This document shows, piece after piece, positions 1 through 6,103 of a stretch of DNA of 11,012 bases (position 1 is the first letter of the stretch; each line of letters opens with the position of its first letter). Location: the NCBI RefSeq assembly GCF_003231495.1, contig NZ_PQWO01000049.1, forward strand, positions 1 to 11,012. The letters are read 5' to 3'. Origin of the DNA: Acaryochloris thomasi RCC1774. GTDB taxonomy: Bacteria; Cyanobacteriota; Cyanobacteriia; Thermosynechococcales; Thermosynechococcaceae. The notes under the pieces were generated by a model, which saw only the letters and a program-made list of their open reading frames with translations, did no database searches and was not told the DNA's origin. The translations under genes were made by a program, and so were the position numbers.

Positions 1-64
1 CGATCATCGCTAGGGACTTGCCCTAGATTTACAAACGCAAATCTATTGATAGGGTTGTAGTGCA

Positions 65-211
65 TCACGACTCCTCCCGTGTTTTCTGTATCTCTCGCTT
101 AACCGCTGTCCGCTCTCGCTTCCAGTAATCGCGAGACTGGCGCTTGTCGCGGTGCTTTCGGTACTCGCCGTCGCCTCTGAGAGGTCGGCGGGTCTTGCTG
201 TTGGTGGTCAT
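65..211 (-). CDS. 48-aa highly basic small protein (hypothetical; below the ORF-track size cutoff)
   Basis: My own minus-strand translation: ATG at 211-209, TGA at 67-65, MTTNSKTRRPLRGDGEYRKHRDKRQSRDYWKRERTAVKREIQKTREES (17 of 48 residues are R/K). GGAG lies 8 nt upstream of the ATG, and the start is only 14 nt after the stop of the upstream gene. Codons are strongly C-ending (ACC ACC AAC AGC .. GGC GAC GGC GAG TAC), as in the confident genes here. It competes with the 96-aa track ORF 99-389 and looks the better candidate. Confidence 0.4.
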   Translation of the reverse strand: MTTNSKTRRPLRGDGEYRKHRDKRQSRDYWKRERTAVKREIQKTREES

Positions 212-225
212 GGGTATTGCTCCAG

Positions 226-447
226 TCAGATTTGCTCAACGAACTCATTACCGTTGTCGTTCGGGCGCTGGCCCTGTTCACTGCTGTCTGACCCCTCAGT
301 AAGAGTTTCAACGATGTCACTCGCCGCCTCTGCTGCGATATCCCAGTTGATGAGCCTTGAGAAATGCGTCCAGAGGGGGACGCCTGCATGGGTCACAAAG
401 GATGCGGCCACGGCACCTAGTCCAAAGTAGAAAATATTGCGAATCAT
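226..447 (-). CDS. Small protein with an N-terminal hydrophobic helix and an acidic tail (hypothetical)
   Basis: The track ORF is 226-480. The internal ATG at 447-445 is preceded by AAAGGA with a 6-nt spacer, so I prefer it (73 aa, MIRNIFYFGLGAVAASFVTHAG...). One predicted TM-like segment, then an acidic C-terminus (TEGSDSSEQGQRPNDNGNEFVEQI). It lies 21 nt downstream of the DUF932 gene on the same strand. Confidence 0.5.
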   Translation of the reverse strand: MIRNIFYFGLGAVAASFVTHAGVPLWTHFSRLINWDIAAEAASDIVETLTEGSDSSEQGQRPNDNGNEFVEQI

Positions 448-501
448 CGAAAATCCTTTGGTTTGAATACTTGGGGGCATTGCTGCCCCTTCGTCCTTTG
501 C

Positions 502-1554
502 TTACTTAGCAGTTGCCAACTGCTTCCACTGGGCTGCTGGCAGTGTTATTACTTGCGAACCCATCGCTTCGAGTTCGGTAGCGCGATCATAGTCCTCGAC
601 ATCTTGCGAAGATCGCGTGACAGCGTTAAGAAGTCCGTACTGGCTCAGGTCGCCGCCTTGAATAAGGTGGGTAAGGATATCAGACTGCTCGGACTGATTG
701 AGAGTGAAGCTATCGGCTAACACCTCAACTGCTTTGACAGGATTGCCCTCAATTTTGCGCTCGGTGGCATCCCTCATCTGATTCACAATCTGAGTGAATA
801 ACGCTTCAGAAGTCGCAGCCTTCACCATGTCTCGAACTTTCAGAAGAAGTGCCGCATCTTCAGCCTGTTTGGTTTCATCGGTGAAAATTTCGTAAGCATC
901 ATCATCATTGTCGAGGGCACGGCCAACGTGATACTTTTTCATTCCACGGTCAGGAATGACCATGCCGTTTCGACACACAAGGCGATAGACCAAAGGCTCA
1001 ATACGGATAGAGCCTAGCCCGATTTCAGAGTTGCTGATGATAACTCCTGCCTGAACTGCGTCGTTGACTTTTACATCAAGCTGCATACGCTCGTTGATGA
1101 CTTTTATATAGAGTCGGCTATCAGTAAGTCCGATACTGCAAATTTTCAGGTCATCTCCGAAGTCACTGATGACTGGCAATACTGTCTGTACAATGGCTGT
1201 ATTATCGACTCGGCGGTATCGGTTGCTCAGGAAAGCTCTCGCGGTGCCGTCGAGGGTGCGAAGCATTCGGGGTTCAGGTCGCTCTAAAAACCAGTGGTTG
1301 ACGTTTTGAGAGAGCAAGTCCGGCGCGTCCTTTCTCATCCGCTTGTAGTAAGTCGTCGGAATATTGAGGCGTTGAGCAATCTGTGCGTGGGTGTGTTCAG
1401 AGGTAGCAAAGCGCTCGACGGTTTCGGCTTCGATAGTAATCGAGCCATCGGCGTTCATCTCCAGTTGTCGGGTATCAGCAACAAAGTCACGCTTTTTAGA
1501 AGCCTGATCTTGGAGTTGCTGTGCCATTTCAACAATCGTTAAACCTTCTTTCAT
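502..1554 (-). CDS. DUF932 (PF06067 / phage-plasmid-like protein) family protein
   Basis: 350-aa ORF. The core GVIISNSEIGLGSIRIEPLVYRLVCRNGMV matches the DUF932 signature hhhNSxxGxxS...RhhCxNGhV (compare E. coli YfjQ: IILLNSHDGTSSYQ...RAICTNGLV). The N-terminal segment IAQRLNIPTTYYKRMRKDAPDLLSQNVNHWF is typical of the long DUF932 forms. AAGGGA lies about 8 nt upstream of the ATG. Confidence 0.85.
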   Translation of the reverse strand: MKEGLTIVEMAQQLQDQASKKRDFVADTRQLEMNADGSITIEAETVERFATSEHTHAQIAQRLNIPTTYYKRMRKDAPDLLSQNVNHWFLERPEPRMLRTLDGTARAFLSNRYRRVDNTAIVQTVLPVISDFGDDLKICSIGLTDSRLYIKVINERMQLDVKVNDAVQAGVIISNSEIGLGSIRIEPLVYRLVCRNGMVIPDRGMKKYHVGRALDNDDDAYEIFTDETKQAEDAALLLKVRDMVKAATSEALFTQIVNQMRDATERKIEGNPVKAVEVLADSFTLNQSEQSDILTHLIQGGDLSQYGLLNAVTRSSQDVEDYDRATELEAMGSQVITLPAAQWKQLATAK

Positions 1555-1786
1555 GATTTAATCCCTTTTAGGTGTGTATTCACCAGCGGAGGGGAGCCAG
1601 GTTCCAATTGATTCCCTTCCGCCAGTCAAAAGATTTGAGTCATAGCTAGACAAGTTTTATTTATCCATCGCCGCTACGCTCGTTGGCTTCACGGTTCCCA
1701 GGGGTGAACTTAACGCTCATCTAGGGTTTCTTCCCTTGGCCGCTGCTTGTCCGGCTGGCTTTAACTTGTCTGTTGTCTATATATCT

Positions 1787-1815
1787 ATAGTACAGAATTT
1801 AAGTAAATATATCAA
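1787..1815 (-). promoter_or_regulatory. Sigma-70-type promoter candidate for the DUF932 operon
   Basis: The minus strand reads TTGATA (1815-1810), a 17-nt spacer, then TACTAT (1792-1787). Each hexamer matches consensus at 5 of 6 positions, inside an AT-rich block just downstream of the previous gene's terminator. The implied leader to the ATG at 1554 is roughly 225 nt. Confidence 0.45.
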
Positions 1816-1838
1816 GCACTGTCCAAGGAATTTCCATT

Positions 1839-1864
1839 AAAAAACCCGATCATTGACCGGGTTT
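1839..1864 (-). terminator. Rho-independent terminator of the 83-aa gene
   Basis: The minus strand reads AAACCCG-gtcaatgat-CGGGTTT followed by TTTAAT. This gives a 7-bp stem (1842-1848 with 1858-1864), a 9-nt loop and a run of six T including the stem end. It begins 25 nt after the stop codon at 1889. Confidence 0.6.
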
Positions 1865-1888
1865 ACATAAATTGAGCTGATCGCAAGT

Positions 1889-2140
1889 TTATCTCTGCTT
1901 CTCAGCCTTTTTCCTTTTGTAATAGTCTTTCATCCACTGACGTTTATATTCTTTTCGTGCCTCAGAGGATTCAAACTTTTGTTGGGCTTCCTTGAGTTTC
2001 TGTTGACCCTGTTCTGAAGAAAAGTAGTTCTCAGATGCTTTCTTACGAGCTTCTTTACCTTGTTCGGTTGCTACATACTTTTTAGTGGCCCGTTTCTGGG
2101 CGTCACTGGCTGCCATTGCTTTTTCTCCAGATTCTTGCAT
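1889..2140 (-). CDS. 83-aa Lys/Glu-rich protein made of 17-residue repeats (hypothetical)
   Basis: Track ORF. Aromatic residues Y22, Y39, F56 and Y73 are spaced exactly 17 residues apart, with E-Q-G / E-Q-G / E-A-R at +4..+6. An alternative start, ATG 2116-2114, has GGAG about 9 nt upstream. A terminator lies directly downstream. Confidence 0.55.
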   Translation of the reverse strand: MQESGEKAMAASDAQKRATKKYVATEQGKEARKKASENYFSSEQGQQKLKEAQQKFESSEARKEYKRQWMKDYYKRKKAEKQR

Positions 2141-2393
2141 TTATCATAATGCTTCCTCCCTCCAGGTTGCGATCGCATCTCCCAGAATGCAGCATCTGTG
2201 ATCGAGTCCAGAGTCGTGGAATACCGGAGCGGCGCGAGGATATGCCGCGAAAGCTCTTGACGGGCAGACCTGTCGCTATCTTTTTGGGGTGTTGGGAGGG
2301 GCGTTGTCGGCGGTTGACTAGAGCTTGCTTGTGTTGTGAGCAGCCCCACCCAATTGCCCGCTGGCGAAGCGTCCGTGCGTTTTCTTCTGTCAT
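2103..2393 (-). CDS. Possible 96-aa Arg-rich protein (frame not resolved)
   Basis: ATG start. C-ending codons are frequent in this frame (AAC CGC .. CCC TCC .. GTC AAG AGC TTT CGC GGC). Two other ORFs of similar length (2071-2349 minus, 2116-2430 plus) cover the same DNA, and no frame gives a recognisable protein. Confidence 0.25.
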   Translation of the reverse strand: MTEENARTLRQRAIGWGCSQHKQALVNRRQRPSQHPKKIATGLPVKSFRGISSRRSGIPRLWTRSQMLHSGRCDRNLEGGSIMINARIWRKSNGSQ

Positions 2394-2428
2394 TTGCGCC
2401 TACTTACATCAGCCCAGAGAGGAAAACT

Positions 2429-2469
2429 AGCCCCAGCTCAGCATCACTCTTGTATGCATTTCTGGGGCT
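2429..2469. other. 8-bp hairpin with a 25-nt loop
   Basis: AGCCCCAG (2429-2436) pairs with CTGGGGCT (2462-2469), and the loop holds an inner GCAT..ATGC pairing. On the minus strand it is followed by AGTTTTCC. Confidence 0.3.
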
Positions 2470-2506
2470 TGAATTGTTGAGTTCCGATCGTAAAGCATAA
2501 AACACA

Positions 2507-2537
2507 AACAGCCCCTAGCTAATTGCTAGGGGCTGTT
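2507..2537 (-). terminator. Strong intrinsic terminator closing the sigma-to-GNAT gene array
   Basis: Perfect 13-bp stem: AACAGCCCCTAGC (2507-2519) pairs with GCTAGGGGCTGTT (2525-2537) around a 5-nt loop. On the minus strand it is followed by TGTGTTTTATGCTTT. The plus-strand tail (CTGAGTCTT) is weaker. It lies about 160 nt downstream of the GNAT stop. Confidence 0.7.
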
Positions 2538-2695
2538 CTGAGTCTTACGCTCGGGGGAGAGTCGTAAGCGAAATACTGTGGCGAATATCTTCAGTGTGCC
2601 CTCGCCTGCCCCGAAGCGATCACGCAGCGCAGTAGTTAGCTATCAGCCATAAGAGCGTCTGCAAGCGATCGCTCGTGCCGTCGCCAAGCAAGTTG

Positions 2696-3160
2696 TTAGT
2701 TAGGTGCGTTAGCGGTGATATCGCAACCCCAAATCATCGTGATCGACGGCCCAGCATTGCCATAGTCGAAGACATTAGACACCGCCTGCCATCCCAGTCT
2801 TTCATAGAATCCCCTGGCACTAACCCTCGAATAGCACCAGATCGTCTGAAGTTGGCTGTCGTTCTCTAGCGATGCGATCGCAAACCGAAGCAAGCCAGAG
2901 CCTATACCTTGGTTTCGCCAGTGTTTATCAGTCGCCATCGCCCGCAGTCTCCAGGCGGGTTGCTCTTGCCAGACTGAAGGGAGTAGCGATAGACAGCAAA
3001 GGTTTTGGCCTGTGTCGTCGAAGGCTCCATAGTGGCGACTGGCTTCGTCGCTGTCTTCGGGGAACATTACCTCAGTGATCGGGTGCCCTTTCCGCAGTAT
3101 CCGGTGGCGGAGCTGCAGGATGCTGGCGACAGACGTGCGATGGTATGCGATTCCCCTCAA
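2696..3160 (-). CDS. GNAT family N-acetyltransferase
   Basis: 154-aa ORF. Acetyl-CoA motif A is RNQGIGSGLLRFAI (Q/RxxGxG/A), followed by ARGFYERLGW. This is the typical small single-domain GNAT layout. The only available start is TTG at 3160-3158, overlapping the kinase stop (TTGA), so the exact start is uncertain. Confidence 0.85.
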   Translation of the reverse strand: MRGIAYHRTSVASILQLRHRILRKGHPITEVMFPEDSDEASRHYGAFDDTGQNLCCLSLLPSVWQEQPAWRLRAMATDKHWRNQGIGSGLLRFAIASLENDSQLQTIWCYSRVSARGFYERLGWQAVSNVFDYGNAGPSITMIWGCDITANAPN

Positions 3161-3747
3161 TCATGGCTCCAGTCAAATTGAGATAGGATCTGAGTCACAG
3201 CTTCTCTTGTCTGACCTTGCCCCGAGACTATTAGGTCCGCGATTTCAGCCCCTTTCTCAACCTGAGATTGATGGGTCGGCATTACATTGCTATGCCACTC
3301 CTTAATGATGCTAGACTTCGCTCTCAGTTTTTCTTGCGAGTCCCTGATGACTCTCCGCTGCAGGCGCTCCTTCTCAGGGGTCTCAACATAAATACTGAAA
3401 TCGAGTTGTCTTCTGATTTCAGAAACTGAAAAAACGAAGATGCCTTCAACAACGATAATTTCATAGGGTTGTACCCATTCCGTCTCAGTCTTCCTCCGGC
3501 TATGCACCTCGTCGTAGATCGGCAGTTCAGCAGCATGGCCAGATTGGAGGCTGTCCAAATGCGAGAGCATTAGCGCTGTATCGAGCGCATCTGGGGTATC
3601 GTAATTCCCGCAAGGCATGTGGAAATAATATCGATCATGACTGAGAAGTAGCGCCCGACCTTTTAGCCTTTCTACTAGAGCTTTTGCCAGTGTGGTCTTG
3701 CCCGACCCACTACCCCCACTGATACCAATGGTACGAGAGCTGATCAT
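3157..3747 (-). CDS. udk: Uridine/cytidine kinase family P-loop kinase
   Basis: 196-aa ORF with N-terminal P-loop IGISGGSGSGKTT. NYDTPDALD, AELPIYDE, IIVVEGIFVF and DFSIYVETPEKERLQRRVIRD are colinear with E. coli Udk ([48 protein letters not shown]). Confidence 0.8.
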   Translation of the reverse strand: MISSRTIGISGGSGSGKTTLAKALVERLKGRALLLSHDRYYFHMPCGNYDTPDALDTALMLSHLDSLQSGHAAELPIYDEVHSRRKTETEWVQPYEIIVVEGIFVFSVSEIRRQLDFSIYVETPEKERLQRRVIRDSQEKLRAKSSIIKEWHSNVMPTHQSQVEKGAEIADLIVSGQGQTREAVTQILSQFDWSHD

Positions 3748-3782
3748 GTTGTTAGGGGGCTAGAGGTCGATCGCAAGTGCTC

Positions 3783-4160
3783 CTAATCGTCTTCAGTTAT
3801 CTGAACAAGATGTATATGCTTGTAACCGAGCTTGATTTCAAACTCATCGCCAGTTTGTAGACCCATCTTCTCTGTATAGGAAGACCCGATCATTAGCTGC
3901 CCATTCTTGTGGACTTTCACCCGATAGGTTGCCTCTCGACCTCTACTATCGCCATTGGCATCACCGTCTAGAGAAATGCCCTTGGCTTCCAGGATGGCAT
4001 TCATGAAACCACTTTGGTTCACTCGACCACCTATCTCATAGCCACATTCCTTTGCTTTTTCTCGCTTAGAGAGGTGGGATAAGGTTGTGAGCTTTTTGAG
4101 TAGTTCTTTCCCAACTAAGGGCTGAATGTCTTGCTTCTTTGCTGCTGTTTTCTTCGCCAT
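3783..4160 (-). CDS. Cyanobacterial AbrB-like transcriptional regulator (cyAbrB, C-terminal AbrB/SpoVT domain)
   Basis: The track ORF extends to 4298 but overlaps the rbp gene. The ATG at 4160-4158 gives 125 aa: MAKKTAAKKQ...LLKKLTTLSHLSKREKAKECGY...YRVKVHKNGQLMIGSSYTEKMGLQTGDEFEIKLGYKHIHLVQ. This matches the cyAbrB layout (Sll0359/Sll0822-type) along its whole length. Confidence 0.85.
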   Translation of the reverse strand: MAKKTAAKKQDIQPLVGKELLKKLTTLSHLSKREKAKECGYEIGGRVNQSGFMNAILEAKGISLDGDANGDSRGREATYRVKVHKNGQLMIGSSYTEKMGLQTGDEFEIKLGYKHIHLVQITEDD

Positions 4161-4209
4161 CAATGCTGAATGCCCTTGATTGAATTGAGTAGAAATTGAT
4201 TGTAAATCT

Positions 4210-4225
4210 AGCTGGCACTCCAGCT
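4210..4225 (-). other. Short GC hairpin between rbp and cyAbrB (possible weak terminator or attenuator)
   Basis: AGCTGG-cact-CCAGCT, a 6-bp stem starting 12 nt after the rbp stop. On the minus strand it is followed by AGATTTACAATC, so there is no strong U tract. Confidence 0.25.
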
Positions 4226-4236
4226 TAGAAAAATCC

Positions 4237-4485
4237 CTAATTTCCCCTAGGTCTAGCCTTGTTGACCTTGAGCGTTCGGCCCATCCATTCAGCTCCATCG
4301 AGTTCAGCGATCGCTTTTTCTTCTTCGCTATCTAAACCCATGTCTATGAACGCAAAACCTCTGGGCCGTCCGGTCTCACGGTCTGTTGGGACGTGGGCTT
4401 TTTTGACGGTGCCGTATTCAGCGAAGACTTCTTTGATATTGTCTTGGGTGGCGTCGTAGGAGAGGTTACCGATGTAAATCGTCAT
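4237..4485 (-). CDS. rbp: RRM-domain RNA-binding protein (short cyanobacterial Rbp without a Gly-rich tail)
   Basis: 82 aa, with RNP2 IYIGNL and RNP1 RGFAFIDM at canonical spacing. It ends KVNKARPRGN, so it has no glycine-rich C-terminus. Confidence 0.9.
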   Translation of the reverse strand: MTIYIGNLSYDATQDNIKEVFAEYGTVKKAHVPTDRETGRPRGFAFIDMGLDSEEEKAIAELDGAEWMGRTLKVNKARPRGN

Positions 4486-4588
4486 GGATGTTGATTGAAA
4501 AATACTTCAGTTTTCTAGGTTAAGACATTTGTAAGGTGTTGAGCAAATCGCTGCTGGGTATGGGATTGATGCTGCACTCAATGACTTT

Positions 4589-4942
4589 CTATTCACTGGC
4601 AATCTCCAAGCCGAACCAAAGATAGGTGATGTCCTTCTGTAGGAAAACATCATCAAAGGAAGCGACCACAACAGCTTGATCCTTCGGGTTGTAGTCATTA
4701 ATTTCACTGATTAGCCCATCTTTGAAATCGCTGTTATCAATTGCTTCCTTGAAGTACTCCCAAGGCTTGTAATAGGCAACGGGTTGCCCCTTTGCAATGT
4801 GGAAGAGAATGGCCCCTTTGCCGTGTTCAGTATGACCAGAGGTTGCTAGCTTTTTAATGTAGCTTGGGTCCGATAGGTTTCCAAACCTTTCTTGAAGGAT
4901 TACCCAGTCGTTTTTAAGCTCTTGCTGGGTAGAAGATCCCAT
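4589..4942 (-). CDS. 117-aa hypothetical protein, translationally coupled to HU
   Basis: Track ORF. Its ATG (4942-4940) shares one base with the HU stop (TGATG). No motif I recognise. The composition looks like an ordinary soluble protein. Confidence 0.6.
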   Translation of the reverse strand: MGSSTQQELKNDWVILQERFGNLSDPSYIKKLATSGHTEHGKGAILFHIAKGQPVAYYKPWEYFKEAIDNSDFKDGLISEINDYNPKDQAVVVASFDDVFLQKDITYLWFGLEIASE

Positions 4943-5217
4943 CAGCCCTTCACTTTCTCCTTAAAAGATTTCCCTGCGCTGAACCCTGGTACCGTCGTCG
5001 CCTTGATCTTCATTACTTCTCCGGTTTTAGGATTACGCCCGTCCCTAGCAGCGCGATCTCTTGGCTCGAAACTTCCGAAGCCCACCAGAGTAATCTTGTC
5101 TCCACCGGCTACAGTCTCGACGATGGTATCAACTGTCGCCGTCAATATTTCGTCAGCTTGCTTCTTGGTGACGCCAGATTTATCTGCGATCGCATCAACT
5201 AAATCACCTTTGTTCAT
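4942..5217 (-). CDS. hup: HU family DNA-binding protein
   Basis: 91 aa: MNKGDLVDAIA...VGFGSFEPRDRAARDGRNPKTGEVMKIKATTVPGFSAGKSFKEKV. This is the canonical HU/IHF fold signature and beta-arm. GAGG lies 7 nt upstream of the ATG. Confidence 0.92.
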   Translation of the reverse strand: MNKGDLVDAIADKSGVTKKQADEILTATVDTIVETVAGGDKITLVGFGSFEPRDRAARDGRNPKTGEVMKIKATTVPGFSAGKSFKEKVKG

Positions 5218-5296
5218 TAGGACACCTCATTCATCGATATTGGATGCATTGTATGAGTATTGAGAGGTTCTGGGTAGTGGCCCCAGCGTTGCCTTC

Positions 5297-6103
5297 CTAA
5301 GCCGCGTTGTACATTTGAGTCAGCCGTTTCATTGCTTGATGATAAATTTGCCGTGTTCTTTCACGGGTGATCTCTAGCTGCTCACTAATGGCTTGAAAAG
5401 ACTTTGCTTCGCCATCGTCAAGACCAAAGCGCTGGCTGATAATGTGCTGCTGCCGTTCACTGAGAATCCCGAGCATCGCTCTAATCGATTCCTTGGTTGA
5501 AGCAAGTTCTAGCACTTCAGCAGGATTATCATCACCCTTGATGAGGTCCATCAGTCGGTTTTTCTCGCGTCTTTTATCTCCCACCTCCATATCCAGGGAT
5601 GCTGGAGTTTGCAGATGCTGCAGCATGTTCCTGAATTGTTCAATCGAAAGGTCCATCGCCTCCGCTAGCTCAGAGTTCGTTGGCATTCGTCCCGTCTGCT
5701 TCATCAGAGTCCGCTGCGTTTTCTGGAGTCGATTGTATCGTTCATAGATTTGGCTGGGTAGTCGGATGGTCCTCGACTGTAACTGAACGGCACGGGTCAT
5801 TGACTGTCGGATCCACCAATAGGCGTAGGTACTGAACCTACACCCTTGGGCGAGATCATATTTCTCGGCAGCGGTGCTTAATCCAAAACTGCCCTCTTGA
5901 ATCAGATCCAGCAGCGGCACACCCCGGTTTTGATACTTCTTAGCGATTGCCACGACCAGCCTAAGATTAGCCTGAATCATCTGCTGTTTGGCCTTGGCAT
6001 CCCCCGTCTTAATTCGTTGGGCCAGCTCAATTTCTTGCTCAGCAGAGAGGAGCGGAATGCGACCGATTTCCTTAAGATACTGCCCGAGGCTGTCATTTTC
6101 CAT
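5297..6103 (-). CDS. Sigma-70 family RNA polymerase sigma factor (compact, no region 1.1; group-3-like or short group-2-like)
   Basis: Region 2: [37 protein letters not shown] and [17 protein letters not shown]. Region 4: [38 protein letters not shown]. The track start is TTG 6106; I prefer ATG 6103-6101, preceded by GGGGGAG. Confidence 0.9.
   Translation of the reverse strand: MENDSLGQYLKEIGRIPLLSAEQEIELAQRIKTGDAKAKQQMIQANLRLVVAIAKKYQNRGVPLLDLIQEGSFGLSTAAEKYDLAQGCRFSTYAYWWIRQSMTRAVQLQSRTIRLPSQIYERYNRLQKTQRTLMKQTGRMPTNSELAEAMDLSIEQFRNMLQHLQTPASLDMEVGDKRREKNRLMDLIKGDDNPAEVLELASTKESIRAMLGILSERQQHIISQRFGLDDGEAKSFQAISEQLEITRERTRQIYHQAMKRLTQMYNAA

Noticed and set aside
99-430. Track ORFs 99-389 (minus, 96 aa) and 152-430 (plus, 92 aa)
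   Set aside because: Both overlap the better-supported 226-447 and 65-211 genes. Their products are Arg/Ser/Pro-rich low-complexity strings typical of wrong-frame translation, and neither has an SD.
463-1542. Plus-strand ORFs 463-720 and 1294-1542
   Set aside because: They are antisense to the confidently identified DUF932 gene, with no motifs and a composition typical of shadow ORFs.
1648-1771. 9-bp long-range inverted repeat (AGACAAGTT / AACTTGTCT) in the DUF932 leader, considered as a plasmid leading-region single-strand (Frpo-like) promoter hairpin
   Set aside because: Pairing does not extend beyond 9 bp in either direction, and the 106 nt between the arms do not form a continuous long stem. 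This is insufficient for that model.
1-2168. Absence of HIP1 sites in the DUF932 region, considered as evidence of foreign origin
   Set aside because: At the observed density (about 0.7 per kb) a 2.1-kb gap has roughly a 20 percent chance. The 2.2-kb recD2 gene also lacks HIP1. Not significant.
3395-3431. Three copies of CTGAAA/TTTCAG forming alternative 8-bp and 6-bp hairpins
   Set aside because: They are located inside the kinase coding sequence. By my rough estimate, 8-bp inverted repeats with short loops are expected several times by chance in 11 kb.
2675-3536. ORFs 2675-2869, 2872-3078 and 3075-3305 (plus) and 3324-3536 (minus, alternate frame)
   Set aside because: They lie inside or antisense to the GNAT and Udk-like genes, which have clear family motifs. 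These ORFs have none.
4161-4298. N-terminal 46-residue extension of the cyAbrB ORF (track start 4298)
   Set aside because: The extension overlaps the 3' end of the rbp gene and has no counterpart in cyAbrB proteins. The ATG at 4160 gives the canonical MAKK.. N-terminus and length.
4595-4612. GAGATTGCCAG on the minus strand, matching the repeat upstream of the sigma gene (15 of 18 identity)
   Set aside because: It encodes the C-terminus (EIASE-stop) of the 117-aa gene. By my rough estimate, dozens of 11-mer matches are expected by chance between any two places in 11 kb when both strands are counted.
4259-4707. ORFs 4259-4459 (plus) and 4507-4707 (minus)
   Set aside because: The first is antisense to rbp. 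The second spans the rbp upstream region and overlaps the 117-aa gene out of frame, with an implausible sequence.
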